Under the pieces are notes generated by a model, which worked only from the letters and a program-made list of their open reading frames with translations, searched no databases and had not been told where the DNA came from. Position numbers and translations under genes: made by a program. A stretch of DNA of 30,020 nt, taken from contig JAAOMT010000351.1 in NCBI GenBank assembly GCA_016748015.1, forward strand, positions 25,329-55,348, read 5' to 3'. Positions 1-9,820 of the stretch are shown here, piece after piece. Source of the DNA: Geosiphon pyriformis uo1. Its lineage: Eukaryota > Fungi > Glomeromycota. Position 1 is the stretch's first letter, and the number at the start of each line of letters is the position of its first letter.

Positions 1-1002
1 GTTCACGTTTCAGAGGATCGGCATAAACTATTGGCATTCTATCCGTCTGAACCGATACTTGCTGAGGCTGCAGCATTGCTTATGAAAGACCAGAATGTGT
101 TGAGAAAACTACTCCACTTTCTACTAGATGCATTACACACTGGTTATATAGAACCTGGCTATCGTGGAGAGTTGGTCGCCCGTTTACTTTTAATGATCGC
201 TTGGGATCATGCTACTAGAGATAGAGATATATCACCACACTTGGGAAATCTAGGATATTCGAAGGAGTTTGTTTCACGCCCAATTAGAGTGAAGGAGTTT
301 TTGATATCTCTTTTCGGGCAGGAGAACTATGACGAACATATTCAAAGTTTCCCTCAAAAGTTGGCTAATGGTTTACTTGCATTTACACACTTCATTCCGG
401 TTACTTACACCCCAAACCAGACACAATTGAGAACTCTATTCATTCGCTTCGCAGCTGTGATATGTAAACGTAACCAAGCAGGAGTTGACTTGATAATTCC
501 AGTTTTGTTGGATTGGGATGGATCTAGTCCTATTTCAGTTGATTCAATGTCTTACTTTCTAATTCAAGTCAAGAATTGGAGTAAGGTTTACGATGCTCAT
601 TGGCCTTCATCAGCCACAAGTAAACTCTCGAGGGAGTTTGTCTATAAAGGTAAAACTACAGAGGAAAACCAAAATCCCTACCTGTCTCTATATCTTCAGC
701 TGGGTGCTCCAGAGCCAGCTTTGGAATCATTTTATATCGAGAGCTTTCCAGCCTTTAACACAAAGTTACAAAAGAAGACACGACTTGAAGCAGAGAAAGC
801 AGGGAAAGCAAAGGCACAATATTGTCTATCTGGATTAGGGTTGGATAAGATTTTGTATCGTTGCCTGGATAAATTGAGTGATGATGATATTAGTATTTTG
901 AAACAGCTTTTGTGTGCATGGCCTGATCCTTTAAATTTGGCTAAACATGAAAATGTTAAGTCACTATTGCGATCAATGATGCCACTTGTGTATGAAAAAT
1001 AA
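1..1002 (+). CDS. 3' part of a fungal hypothetical protein with a probable C-terminal PD-(D/E)xK restriction-endonuclease-like domain (Crinkler-type NTPase-REase effector-like)
   Basis: Frame is open from base 1 (VHVSEDRHKLLAFYPSEP...) to TAA at 1000-1002, so the start lies outside the window. Motifs YPSEPILAEAA, GYRGELVARLLL, FTHF, QAGVDLIIPV...FLIQVKN (E...D...QxK). CpG retained, unlike the repeats. The CDS is well supported; the product call rests on motif recall. Confidence 0.7.
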   Translation, partial: VHVSEDRHKLLAFYPSEPILAEAAALLMKDQNVLRKLLHFLLDALHTGYIEPGYRGELVARLLLMIAWDHATRDRDISPHLGNLGYSKEFVSRPIRVKEFLISLFGQENYDEHIQSFPQKLANGLLAFTHFIPVTYTPNQTQLRTLFIRFAAVICKRNQAGVDLIIPVLLDWDGSSPISVDSMSYFLIQVKNWSKVYDAHWPSSATSKLSREFVYKGKTTEENQNPYLSLYLQLGAPEPALESFYIESFPAFNTKLQKKTRLEAEKAGKAKAQYCLSGLGLDKILYRCLDKLSDDDISILKQLLCAWPDPLNLAKHENVKSLLRSMMPLVYEK

Positions 1003-1067
1003 AAATGACATGATTTTTTATTAGATTAACAATTCAATATTTTAGATTAATTAATTGAACAATATAT

Positions 1068-1681
1068 TGTTACGGGTTTGAGTAATGGAAATAATAAAAA
1101 AGGAAATTCAATCAAAGAAACGAATTGAATTTGTAAAGATTCAATGTGTGTAATCAATTTTAGAATCACTTAATTTTTTTTGGAAAATTTGAAAATAGAA
1201 AAATAGTTCATGATTGTTAATAAAATAACACTATTGCGATTATTTTATGTTTTACTTGGTGATTTTAAAAATCAATAATAGGTATTGTGCTTTTTAATTG
1301 TTTTTTTATTCAAAAAATTACAAAAGCAAACAAATATTTTTTAAATTAAATTAAGAAATACCAATTAGTTTTTTATTTACAAATATTTAAATACTTAAAG
1401 ATAAAAAATTAAAAAAGAGAAATAAATAAAATAAGAAAAAATATTGGATATATTTTTATTGTATTTAATTTTTAGATTTTATGTTTTTTTATATTTAACT
1501 ATTAATAATTAGATTAACAATTAAATTAATAATTAAGTTAATAATTAGATTAATAATCAAATTATTAATCAAATTAACAATTATTATCTGAAAATAAAAT
1601 GGTTAATTATATAATAATAAATAATTAATACATATAATATTAATAATAATTAAAACTTTAAAAATATTTAATTATATAATA
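1068..1681 (-). mobile_element. Old, degenerate solo LTR related to the LTRs of the 1826..9565 element
   Basis: Starts TGTTACGGGTTTGAGTAA (cf. TGTTACGAGTTGGAGTAA at 8912). Colinear with the LTR (GAAATAAT..., CGAATTGAAT, GATTCAATGTG) and has decayed 12-bp units at 1511-1582. Preceded by ATAT. Right end approximate. Confidence 0.7.
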
Positions 1682-1825
1682 TTCAAAATTTTTATTTGTA
1701 TTTTTATAGTTGTTTTTTTAAGAGTTTTATGTTTTTTATAATTTTATTAAGTTAATTTAAAACTTATTTGTTTTTTATATAAATTTTTTAATTATTTTTT
1801 TAATTATATTGAAAAACAATAATAT

Positions 1826-2573
1826 TGTTATAGGTTAGAGTAACAAGCTAATAAATAGCAAAAGAGAACAGGATTGTAGGGTGATGGAAATAATCAAAAG
1901 GAATTCAACTTTTAAGAGTGAATTGAATGAGTATGGATTCAATGTGCAAGATCAGTCTCATAAAATATCTCAGTCACTATACTTTTCAAAGGTAACTAAG
2001 GAATAAAGGTAGAAGAATAGTCTATACTGTCAACAAATGATCACACTTGGTATAATTCTATGCCTCACATCAGCACTCTTAGAATTCAATATCAAGTATC
2101 AAATGTGCTCTTCAGTTATGTTTTATTTAATAATCTTCAAATGCTGCAATTACATGTTTCAGGAAAAGAGTAAGGAATAACCAACAAGTAATCTTTTATC
2201 TTTAAGATGTTCAGATACTTGAAAGTAGGAAAAAAGAAATTAGTGATAAGAGAAAGATTGAGATGAAGTTGTTATTTTATTTTTTTTATTTCTTTGATTC
2301 TTTCATGCTTTTCTACAGCTAAAAAATTCATCACTTATATAGCTGTCAAAAGTAGTCAATAATTAAGTCAATGACTAGGTCAATAATTAGGTCAATAATC
2401 AGGTCAATGATTAGGTCATTAATCAGGTCAATAATCAGGTCAATGATTAGGTCAATAGTCAGGTTATTAATCAGGTCAATGATCACTTACTAAAAATAGA
2501 GTGGCTAATTTATGTAACATTAGTGGCTAATACATGTGATAATTAATAAAAAATATAAGTTTCAACTATAACA
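1826..2573 (-). repeat. 3' LTR of family-1 element (748 bp)
   Basis: Direct repeat of 8912..9565; begins TGTTATAGGTTAGAG and ends TTCAACTATAACA. Confidence 0.95.
2353..2484. repeat. 12-bp tandem repeat (consensus AGGTCAAT[A/G]AT[C/T]), 11 units, in the U3-side part of the LTR
   Basis: Units read directly. Only 3 units at the equivalent position of the other LTR (9441-9476). Confidence 0.92.
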
Positions 2574-3199
2574 TCATTCTTTCCAAAGAGATTGAGCTCT
2601 GACAAAATCAAGCTATTTATGATGTAATCTATTGGAAGGGTTTTATCTAACTCAAAACTAACTAGTTTATTGAAGTTTTTTGTGGATAAGGTATATAATA
2701 CTTGAGATGAAATGAGTTTTGTATTCAAAAGACCAAATTTTTGTATTAGAATTTTGGCTTTTTTAGCAATAGTTAAAACTCTTAGAATATATATCTGTAT
2801 AATGTCCAAAATTTCTGCCTGTATTTCTGAAGTTGTTTTCTTTATGAGTTTTATATCCTCTATGATTTCATCAAGATGACTATAGAGTTCTAATTGTCTT
2901 TTATATGACAAGTTTTTGTCTATGGGTAAGATTTCTTGTAGTGTTTTTCCAATTGTGTTAGAAGGTAAGATTATAGCTGCTGTTATATTTTTTAACAGAT
3001 ATTTATCCATTTTACTACTATTTCTTTCTCTTCTGGTAGTGGTTTTCTTTGGTCTAATAACAGTATGTGTTCTACTGTTATCAGTTATGGTGGTTTGTTT
3101 TTCAATGATCAGAGTAGCATTTGGATAGTTTTTGATTCAATACTCATAAAGAGTATAGAAAGTGTTTTGAATGTTTTGATCCAGAAAATAATTGTTCAT
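2543..3199 (-). pseudogene. Extra sense-strand ORF3 downstream of integrase (218 codons, one internal TGA), unknown function
   Basis: ATG at 3199 is in frame with the 155-aa ORF 2543..3010, with a single TGA at codon 21 (one transition from TGG or CGA). Runs across the PPT region into the 3' LTR. Confidence 0.7.
2574..2609 (-). other. Polypurine-tract region and conserved upstream motif
   Basis: Minus strand reads GATTTTGTCAGAGCTCAATCTCTTTGGAAAGAATGA|TGTTA. Confidence 0.6.
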
Positions 3200-3240
3200 A
3201 TTGATTGAAAATACTTCTGTTTTAGGAATGGTGTATTTAT

Positions 3241-6200
3241 TTATACTTGATTTTTGCTGATTATTTGAGTCGATATTACCACAACAGGCAGCCAATCAGG
3301 TCGTTTATGATATTTCTTGAATTATGTACCATGAACAGAATGATTATTAAAGATTGTTCCAGATTGATCTTGAAAAATATAAGAATTATTGTTCAAAACT
3401 TTGTTGACTATAAAAAGTCCTTTCTACTGGCTAAAAAATTTATCACCATAAACATTGTCTCTATCTGAATGGTATTCTAGTACCAAGTTATCAACACTTA
3501 AAAAAAGTGTTTTATAGGTTTTCTTTTTTTTAAGCTTTTCTTAAAACTGTTTTATCTTTTTAAAAGCAATTATTCATGCTTCTACCAAGGAGTCAAGAAT
3601 GGTACCAAGTCTTCTTTGCAAAATGTTTTTGTAATTCTCTATTGTGATTTCTTCAAAGGGTATTGTTTCAATGTCAGTTTTTATTGGTAGCATTGTCATG
3701 CATCCATAGAGCAAATAAAAAGGTTCATAACTTGTTATGTTATGATTCACAGTTCTATAAGCAAACAAAGCTGAAGGCAGTACTTTGTCTCATAAGTTTG
3801 TTTCTTCACTGGTTTTGGCTAGGGTTTCATATAGTGTTCTATTGAAATATTCTACTAGACTATTTGTTTAGGGGTAATAAGGAGAGGAAAGTTTATGACA
3901 TATTCCCATTTTTTTACAAAGTTCTTCAACCAGTGTACTGAAAAAAGCTCTTTCTCTATCAGATAAAAGTTTTTTGGGACAGCCATGATGGCAAATGATA
4001 TCTTCATAAATAAAATTAGCTATTGAGACTGCTGTTTGGTCTGGGGTGGCTCTTGCTTCTACCCACTTTGTAAGATAGTCAGTAGTTGTGATAATATATT
4101 TGTTGCCATCAGGAGTGATTGTTAAAGATCCAACAACATATATACCAATTCTGTTAAATGGTTGACCAACAGAGATTGGATGGATATCTTCTTTGTAATT
4201 AGGTTTGCCTTTTCTTTGGCAGATGTCACAGGTTTTAATGTATTCAGCAATGTCTTTTTCCAAAGTAGGCCAATAATAACAAGCTAAAGTTTTTTGAATT
4301 GTTTTTGTTTTTCCAAAGTGCCTAGCTAATGGGTCAGTGTGCATATTGTATATTACAATTTCTCTTTCTTTAAATCTGATGACTCTTTGGGGGCAGTCAG
4401 AATCTTTTCTGTTTCTTTTGTATAATTGGTTCTGGCAGATCAAATAGAAATTTGATTGTTTGCACAAAGGTTCTCTTTACTGTCGAGTGTATTCTGGTGG
4501 ATATTGTTCTTTACCCAAAAATTTCATTAAAGCAGAGTAGTTGTTCAAGTCTATTATTGTGTTTGTTTGTGAAGAAGTTACTAATAATTAAGTTGGTTTG
4601 GTTTAAGAGGTTATACTGTTACTGGATGGTAAGTCTAGAGAAAGTATTGGTGTTTTGATGATTTGCTTCTTTGTGGTGTTGAATATCATAGTCGAATTCA
4701 TTTAAGTAGAGTATCTAATAAGTTATTTATTTGTGTTTTAGCTTCTTTTTTTTGTGCAGTCAAACCAAGACTTGATGATTTGTTACCACTAAGAATTTTG
4801 CACCAAGAAAATATTAGTCCCAGTAGTTAATAGCCCAAACTATTGCTAAACATTCTTGTTCAGTAACTGAATAATTCTTTTCAGCTGGTGTGAGGGATCT
4901 ATTGGCATATGCTATGACATGTTTTCTGCCATTTTTGTCTTTCTGTGAAAGAACAGCATCAAGTCCATAACCAGATGCATCAGTGTGGAGGATAAAAAGT
5001 TGATCCAGATTAGGTTGTTTGAAAATTGGTTCAGTAACAAGTTTTTCCTTCAAAAATTCAAAAGTTTTTTGTTGATGAGTACTCCAGTAATAATTGACAT
5101 TTTTCCTAAGTAGCTGATTGAGAGGAAAGGCAATTTTGGAGAAATTTTTGATGAATTTGTAATAGTAAGAAGCCAAACCAAGAAAAGAACATAGTTCAGG
5201 AACATTTATTGATTGTCTAATGTTCTGAACTTTTTCAACTTTAGCTGGGTCAGAAAAGATTCCATCTTTTGTAACAAGATAACCAAAAAATTGGGTGGAT
5301 TGGTGTCCAAAAAAAGATTTGATTGGGTTGATCTTAAGGCCAGCATTTCTAAGAAGGTCAAAATCCTTCTGTAAATGTTTAAAGTGTTTATCCCAGGTTT
5401 TTGAATATACCATTATGTTGTCCAAGTAAACCAGAACAAAGTTTTCTTTTACTGATTCAAACACTTTATCCATTAAGCATTAAAAAGTGAGAGGAGCATT
5501 GGTAAAACCAAAAAGCATGACTGTGAATTCATAGGTGCCATACTTGGTGATAAAGGCAGTTTTTTTTCTGCTTTCTGGATCCATCTCTACTTGCCAGAAT
5601 TCAACAGTTAAGTCAATGGTTGAGAAAAATACAGCACTATTGAATTTATCTAGCATTGCATCAATTTTGAGAAGTAGGTATATGTCTCTTATAGTGATGG
5701 CATTTAATTGGCGGTAGTCAACACAGAAGCATAGAGTTCTACCTTTCTTGGATACTACTACAACTGGAAAAGCCCATTTAATCTTGGTTTCTTGTATAAA
5801 TTCAAGATTTTTTATCCAGTTTATCTCTTTCTTAATAAACTCATTATTGTGTCAATTGGATTGATAAAGCTTCAAATAAATGGGGCAAGTTTCTTTGGTG
5901 ATAATGGTGTGTTGTATCACATGGGTTTGTTTAGAAATGTTACTTTCTTTTGAGATAACTGGGCTATTTTTAGCCAACAGATTTTCAATGTCCACTTTTT
6001 TTTCTTTAGGGGAAGGTTCTCTTTGTTCTACAACCAATAATTGGATTTCAGATGGTTCATTCTCAAAAAACTTTTATACTTCTTTGAGTTCTTTTTAAGG
6101 TATCAAACTAATTGGTTCCCAATCTTTGTAATAAATCAGGCAGAATTTGCATTCATCACTTGGTGAATACAAAGGTTTATTACACCAGTACCGTGCACAA

Positions 6201-7312
6201 GAGCCATGCTATTAATAACTGTATTTGGCTTTCTTACTAGGTTTTCTGTCAAAGATTCTTCTGAGAATATCATAGTAGGGCCAGCAGATTATCTTGCCAT
6301 TCACCATGATTCCTTTTTTGTCAGCTTTAACATTGTCCAGTGGCTTGCCATTGCTGGTAAAAATAATGTAAGCAAGTTCAACAGTTTCTTCTTGTTCTTC
6401 TTGATCTTTATCATCATTGCTTTCATTATCATCTGATTCATCTGGTTGTTCTTCTTCTTTGTTCTGTTGGGTTACTGGAAGAGTTGTTTAATGTTGGCAT
6501 TTAACCACAATGAATTTCTCATCACATCTGATGATTAGCTCACAAAGTTTATAGTCAAGTAGTGCTTTGGCTTTCTTAAGCCATTTATTACCAACAATAA
6601 TGGTGTACTTTTTTGCTTCAGACACTTTCATATTAGTTTCAATACTGATACCATTAATGCGGACAGGAATAGCTTTGGCTATGCCCAGGCTTTTCTTCTT
6701 GTTACTATATACATTGGTCATTGGTCATTGGTCTTGTAGAAGGCTCATCAATCTTTTTGCCAATTGTTTCAAGAAAATGTTTGGCAATTACACTAACAGA
6801 TAATCTACTGTCTAGGATCAGATCAATGAAGTAACCAGCCACTTGGGCTTTACAAATCAGAGGAGTGACATTGCTGTTATTAGCAAGTTCAGCTTAGTGA
6901 GGGCATTTGTTGGTCTTTGGTGTTTTTTTTTTGGTATCAATGATTTGTGAAGATTTTTTCTTAACTGTAAATGGGTTATCAATTGGCCAAATGTAATGTG
7001 TGCAAGGGTTTTCATAAGATCTTTAACAACAGAATAGGGGCCAGATTTTTGTACTATTTCTAAAGGTTCCAACTTTGGGAAATTTTTAAAAACTTTAGTC
7101 TTTAGCAGCTTATTGTTATCAGCAGTTGATGTGGAGGCTTTTTTTGGATCTAAAACAAAATCAACTTTGGCTTTCTTCTTTTTTCTGGTTGATTCAGAAG
7201 TGTTGATTGCTAATTCATCCATGTTATGATCATTATTAGTTAGGTTAAAAGCATAAAAGAAGTTTTTTTCTGGTTGGCTTGTACTTTTACCCTTTGAAGA
7301 TGTGCCTACCAG
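3241..7312 (-). pseudogene. pol: pol pseudogene (aspartic protease, Cys-rich spacer, reverse transcriptase, RNase H, integrase with GPY/F region)
   Basis: LILDSR (DSG) near 6805; FWQV...TAF...MLFGFTNAP; VYLDN (YLDD); LHTDASGYG...EKNYSVTEQECLAIVWA; integrase HHCC (HTDPLARH...CDIC) and DYLTKWVEA core. Stops and frameshifts throughout; no chromodomain seen. Confidence 0.93.
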
Positions 7313-8859
7313 TTTAAAGGCTGATAAACAGTAGCTTCAACTAAGAGATCCTCTCCAAAGAAATTGATGTTGACATGATTGGGTCTTTGATTGGAAACAT
7401 TATTATTGTTGGATCTGTTATTCTGGGTGTCATTATTTTTGGGAGCTGAAGGAGGCAATGAAAGATTGTTACAGTCTCTAAAAAAGTATCCAGTTAGTCC
7501 ACAGCAATAGTACATAGATGGGCCACAATTTTGTTGTCTTTAATATGGTGGTTGCTGGGGCTGATTGAAGTGGGGTTCAAATCTAGGTTTTTGGGGTTGC
7601 TGGTTGTCTCTGATTGTTTGGGCCAATGGTTCTAATAGCCGGGCAAGATTAGCTGTAAGTCTATTTATTAACTGTTCATTTGGGTCTTGAGTTTGGGCAG
7701 CAAAAGAGGTAGCAGTCATTTGGGGAGCAGAAGCCATAACAGAAGCAGAAGCAAAAACTAGAAGTATGAATCCTAAGTGCATTCTTTGATTGTTTTCTAT
7801 TCTTTGAGCAAGTTCAATGGCCATATCTATTGTGAGATTATTTTTCAAGACCAGAAGAGGCCAAAGAGCATATGATAAATTAGTTCTCAGTCCTTTTGTA
7901 AAGGAATGTATTTTCTGTTCTTCTGTCCAATTTCTTTTAGAGTCTACTCATTTAATGAGTTTTTTTATTGCTTTGGCATATTTTGTCACAACCTCACCAG
8001 GGCTTTGAGTTCTTCTTTCTAATTCCATATGCCATTTTGAGATTAAGATGGGAGTTCTAAATTTCATTTCAAACCAGGTAGTGAAAGAGGTGTTGTTTTC
8101 TCCAGCATTTGCTGATGCCCATCTAATGATTCTTTGTTGAGCATTGACATTGGTTTCTTGTAAGAACCAAGTAGCAGGAGAGCCTTGAAGGTAGCCACCA
8201 ACAATTTGAAACTTGTATTCATTATCATATTGGTTTGCTGTGGCAGCTCTCTCAAAATCATTCAGCCATTCAATTGAATCTTGGGCATCATCTCTGAATA
8301 ATGGTAATAGGGTGTTGTTTCTTTGCCCTAAAGCAGTCTGTATATCTTGAAGGGTGATCAGAATGTTTTGTTGTAGAGAGTTTTGAGCCATTGGTTCAGG
8401 TGTAACTGTTTGTGTAGAGTGTTCTAATTCACTTGAAAAGAGATCAAAAACAGAAGTGGTTTGATAGCTTTCTTCTTTTGTTTCAAGAGGAGTTTCTGTT
8501 AATTGATGAACAGCAATTCAAATGTGGATTTGATGATTCAAATATTCAAAATCAGGGGGCTGTTGTTCAAAGGTTGTTGAGTATAAAAGTTAATTAATGC
8601 TGTTGTTTCTTTCTTCACAGTTGTCTTCAAAATAAGCTTGGTTAAAGTAATAGGTTGTATAAACTGTGTAAATTTCAGCTAAATACTCATTCAGAAACCA
8701 GTTCCAAAAGTTTTAGAATTGCCTGCTGGATTGTTTTTCAATGGAGAAGCAAATCAAGCAGGAGGACAAAAGATTGAGTTCAATAAAATCTAGATTGTTT
8801 TTGTTGTGTGCTTCAAAGTGTTCTTCTGATTGTTGTAGCAGGTATAAATAATCACCCAT
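7306..8859 (-). pseudogene. gag: gag pseudogene with long N-terminal extension and degenerate CCHC zinc knuckle
   Basis: ORF pieces starting at 8391, 7848 and 7515 and an ATG at 8859 are all in one frame. Capsid-like segment EWLNDFERAATANQY...YLQGSPATWF. YYCCGLTGYFFRDC is a CX2CX4HX4C knuckle after reverting transitions. Confidence 0.88.
7312..7318 (-). promoter_or_regulatory. -1 programmed ribosomal frameshift slippery site T TTA AAC between gag and pol
   Basis: Gag frame reads CCT TTA AAC TGG TAG. The -1 frame is open from there into the 7222 ORF that leads to the protease. Confidence 0.75.
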
Positions 8860-8887
8860 ACAATAGGAAACAAAGTGGATTTTAACA

Positions 8888-8905
8888 ACTTTACAAAGAG
8901 CACCA
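8888..8905 (-). other. Primer-binding site (TGGTGCTCTTTGTAAAGT)
   Basis: TGG-starting sequence 6 nt inside the 5' LTR. Complementary to a tRNA ending GAGCACCA, an end recalled for tRNA-Ile(UAU) and elongator tRNA-Met; the tRNA is not resolved. Confidence 0.7.
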
Positions 8906-8911
8906 CTTTTA

Positions 8912-9565
8912 TGTTACGAGTTGGAGTAACAAGCTAATGGATAATAAGGGAGAACAGGATTGTAGAATGATAGAAATAATCAAAGAGAATTCAACTTCAA
9001 AGAGCGAATTGAATGAGTATGGATTCAATGTGCAAGATTAGTCTCATAAAATATCTCAGTTGCTATACTTTTCAAAGATAACTAGGGAATCTGAAGGTAG
9101 AGAGATAGTCCGTACTGTCAACAAATAATTACACTTGGTATAATTTTATGCCTCACGTTAGCACTCTTAAAATTCAATATTAAGTATCAGATGTGCTTTT
9201 CCGTCACATTTTATTCAATAATCTTCAAATGCTGCAATTACACGTTTCAGAAAAAAAATAAGAAATAACCAACAAGTAATCTTTTATCTTTAAAATGTTT
9301 AGATACTTGAAAGTAGGAAAAAAGAAATTAGCAATAAAAGAAAAATTGAGATGAAGTTGTTATTTTATTTCTTTTATTTCTTTGATTCTTTCATGCTTTT
9401 CTACAGCTAAGAAATTCATCACTTATATAGCTGTTAAAAGTTGTCAATGATCAGATTAATGATCAGGTTAATAATCACTTACTAAAAATAGAGTGGCTAA
9501 TTTATATGACATCAGTGGCTAATACATGTGATAATTAATAAAAAGTATAAGTTTCAACTGTAACA
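8912..9565 (-). repeat. 5' LTR of family-1 element (654 bp)
   Basis: Direct repeat of 1826..2573; adjacent to the PBS and gag start on the minus strand. Confidence 0.95.
9422..9430 (-). promoter_or_regulatory. Candidate TATA box of the LTR promoter (CTATATAAG)
   Basis: Present in both LTRs (also 2334-2342), just downstream of the 12-bp repeats on the element's sense strand. Confidence 0.45.
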
Positions 9566-9820
9566 ATATAATTGTTATTATATATTTAAGTATATATTTA
9601 TCTATTTTATTATTAATTTTTTTCTATTAATAATTTTTTTGACTTAATAATAGTATGTATTTTATTATTATTAATTATAATAATTTGTTTAATAATTAAA
9701 ATAGTATTTAAATAACTTTTAGTTTAATTTTTATTATTATTATTATTAATGAATACAACTTAATCACTATATAATATACAGAAACAAACTAAATAAATCT
9801 NNNNNNNNNNNNNNNNNNNN

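Larger units (their letters stand above)
1826..9565 (-). mobile_element. Full-length, inactivated Ty3/Gypsy LTR retrotransposon (family 1)
   Basis: Paired LTRs with TGTTA...TAACA ends, 4-bp TSD ATAT (1822-1825 / 9566-9569), PBS, and gag-PR-RT-RNaseH-IN order on the minus strand, with many premature stops. Confidence 0.96.

Noticed and set aside
593-838. Overlapping 81-aa ORF inside the first gene
   Set aside because: Alternate-frame by-product with no motif.
2353-2484. CRISPR-like or telomeric array
   Set aside because: Contiguous 12-bp units with no spacers, inside an LTR, in a eukaryotic context.
2916-3128. Hydrophobic plus-strand ORFs (2916..3128, 6206..6436) and similar short ORFs as env or membrane proteins
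   Set aside because: Antisense shadows of A-rich coding strands with no independent support.
3241-7312. Alternative genetic code (TGA=Trp, TAA/TAG=Gln) to explain read-through
   Set aside because: Stops differ between copies of the same element elsewhere in the window and coincide with missense transitions, which indicates mutation rather than recoding.
9570-9800. Near-pure AT tract containing TGTTATTA at 9573 as a possible LTR end or replication origin
   Set aside because: No alignable homology to either LTR; most likely terminally decayed repeat.
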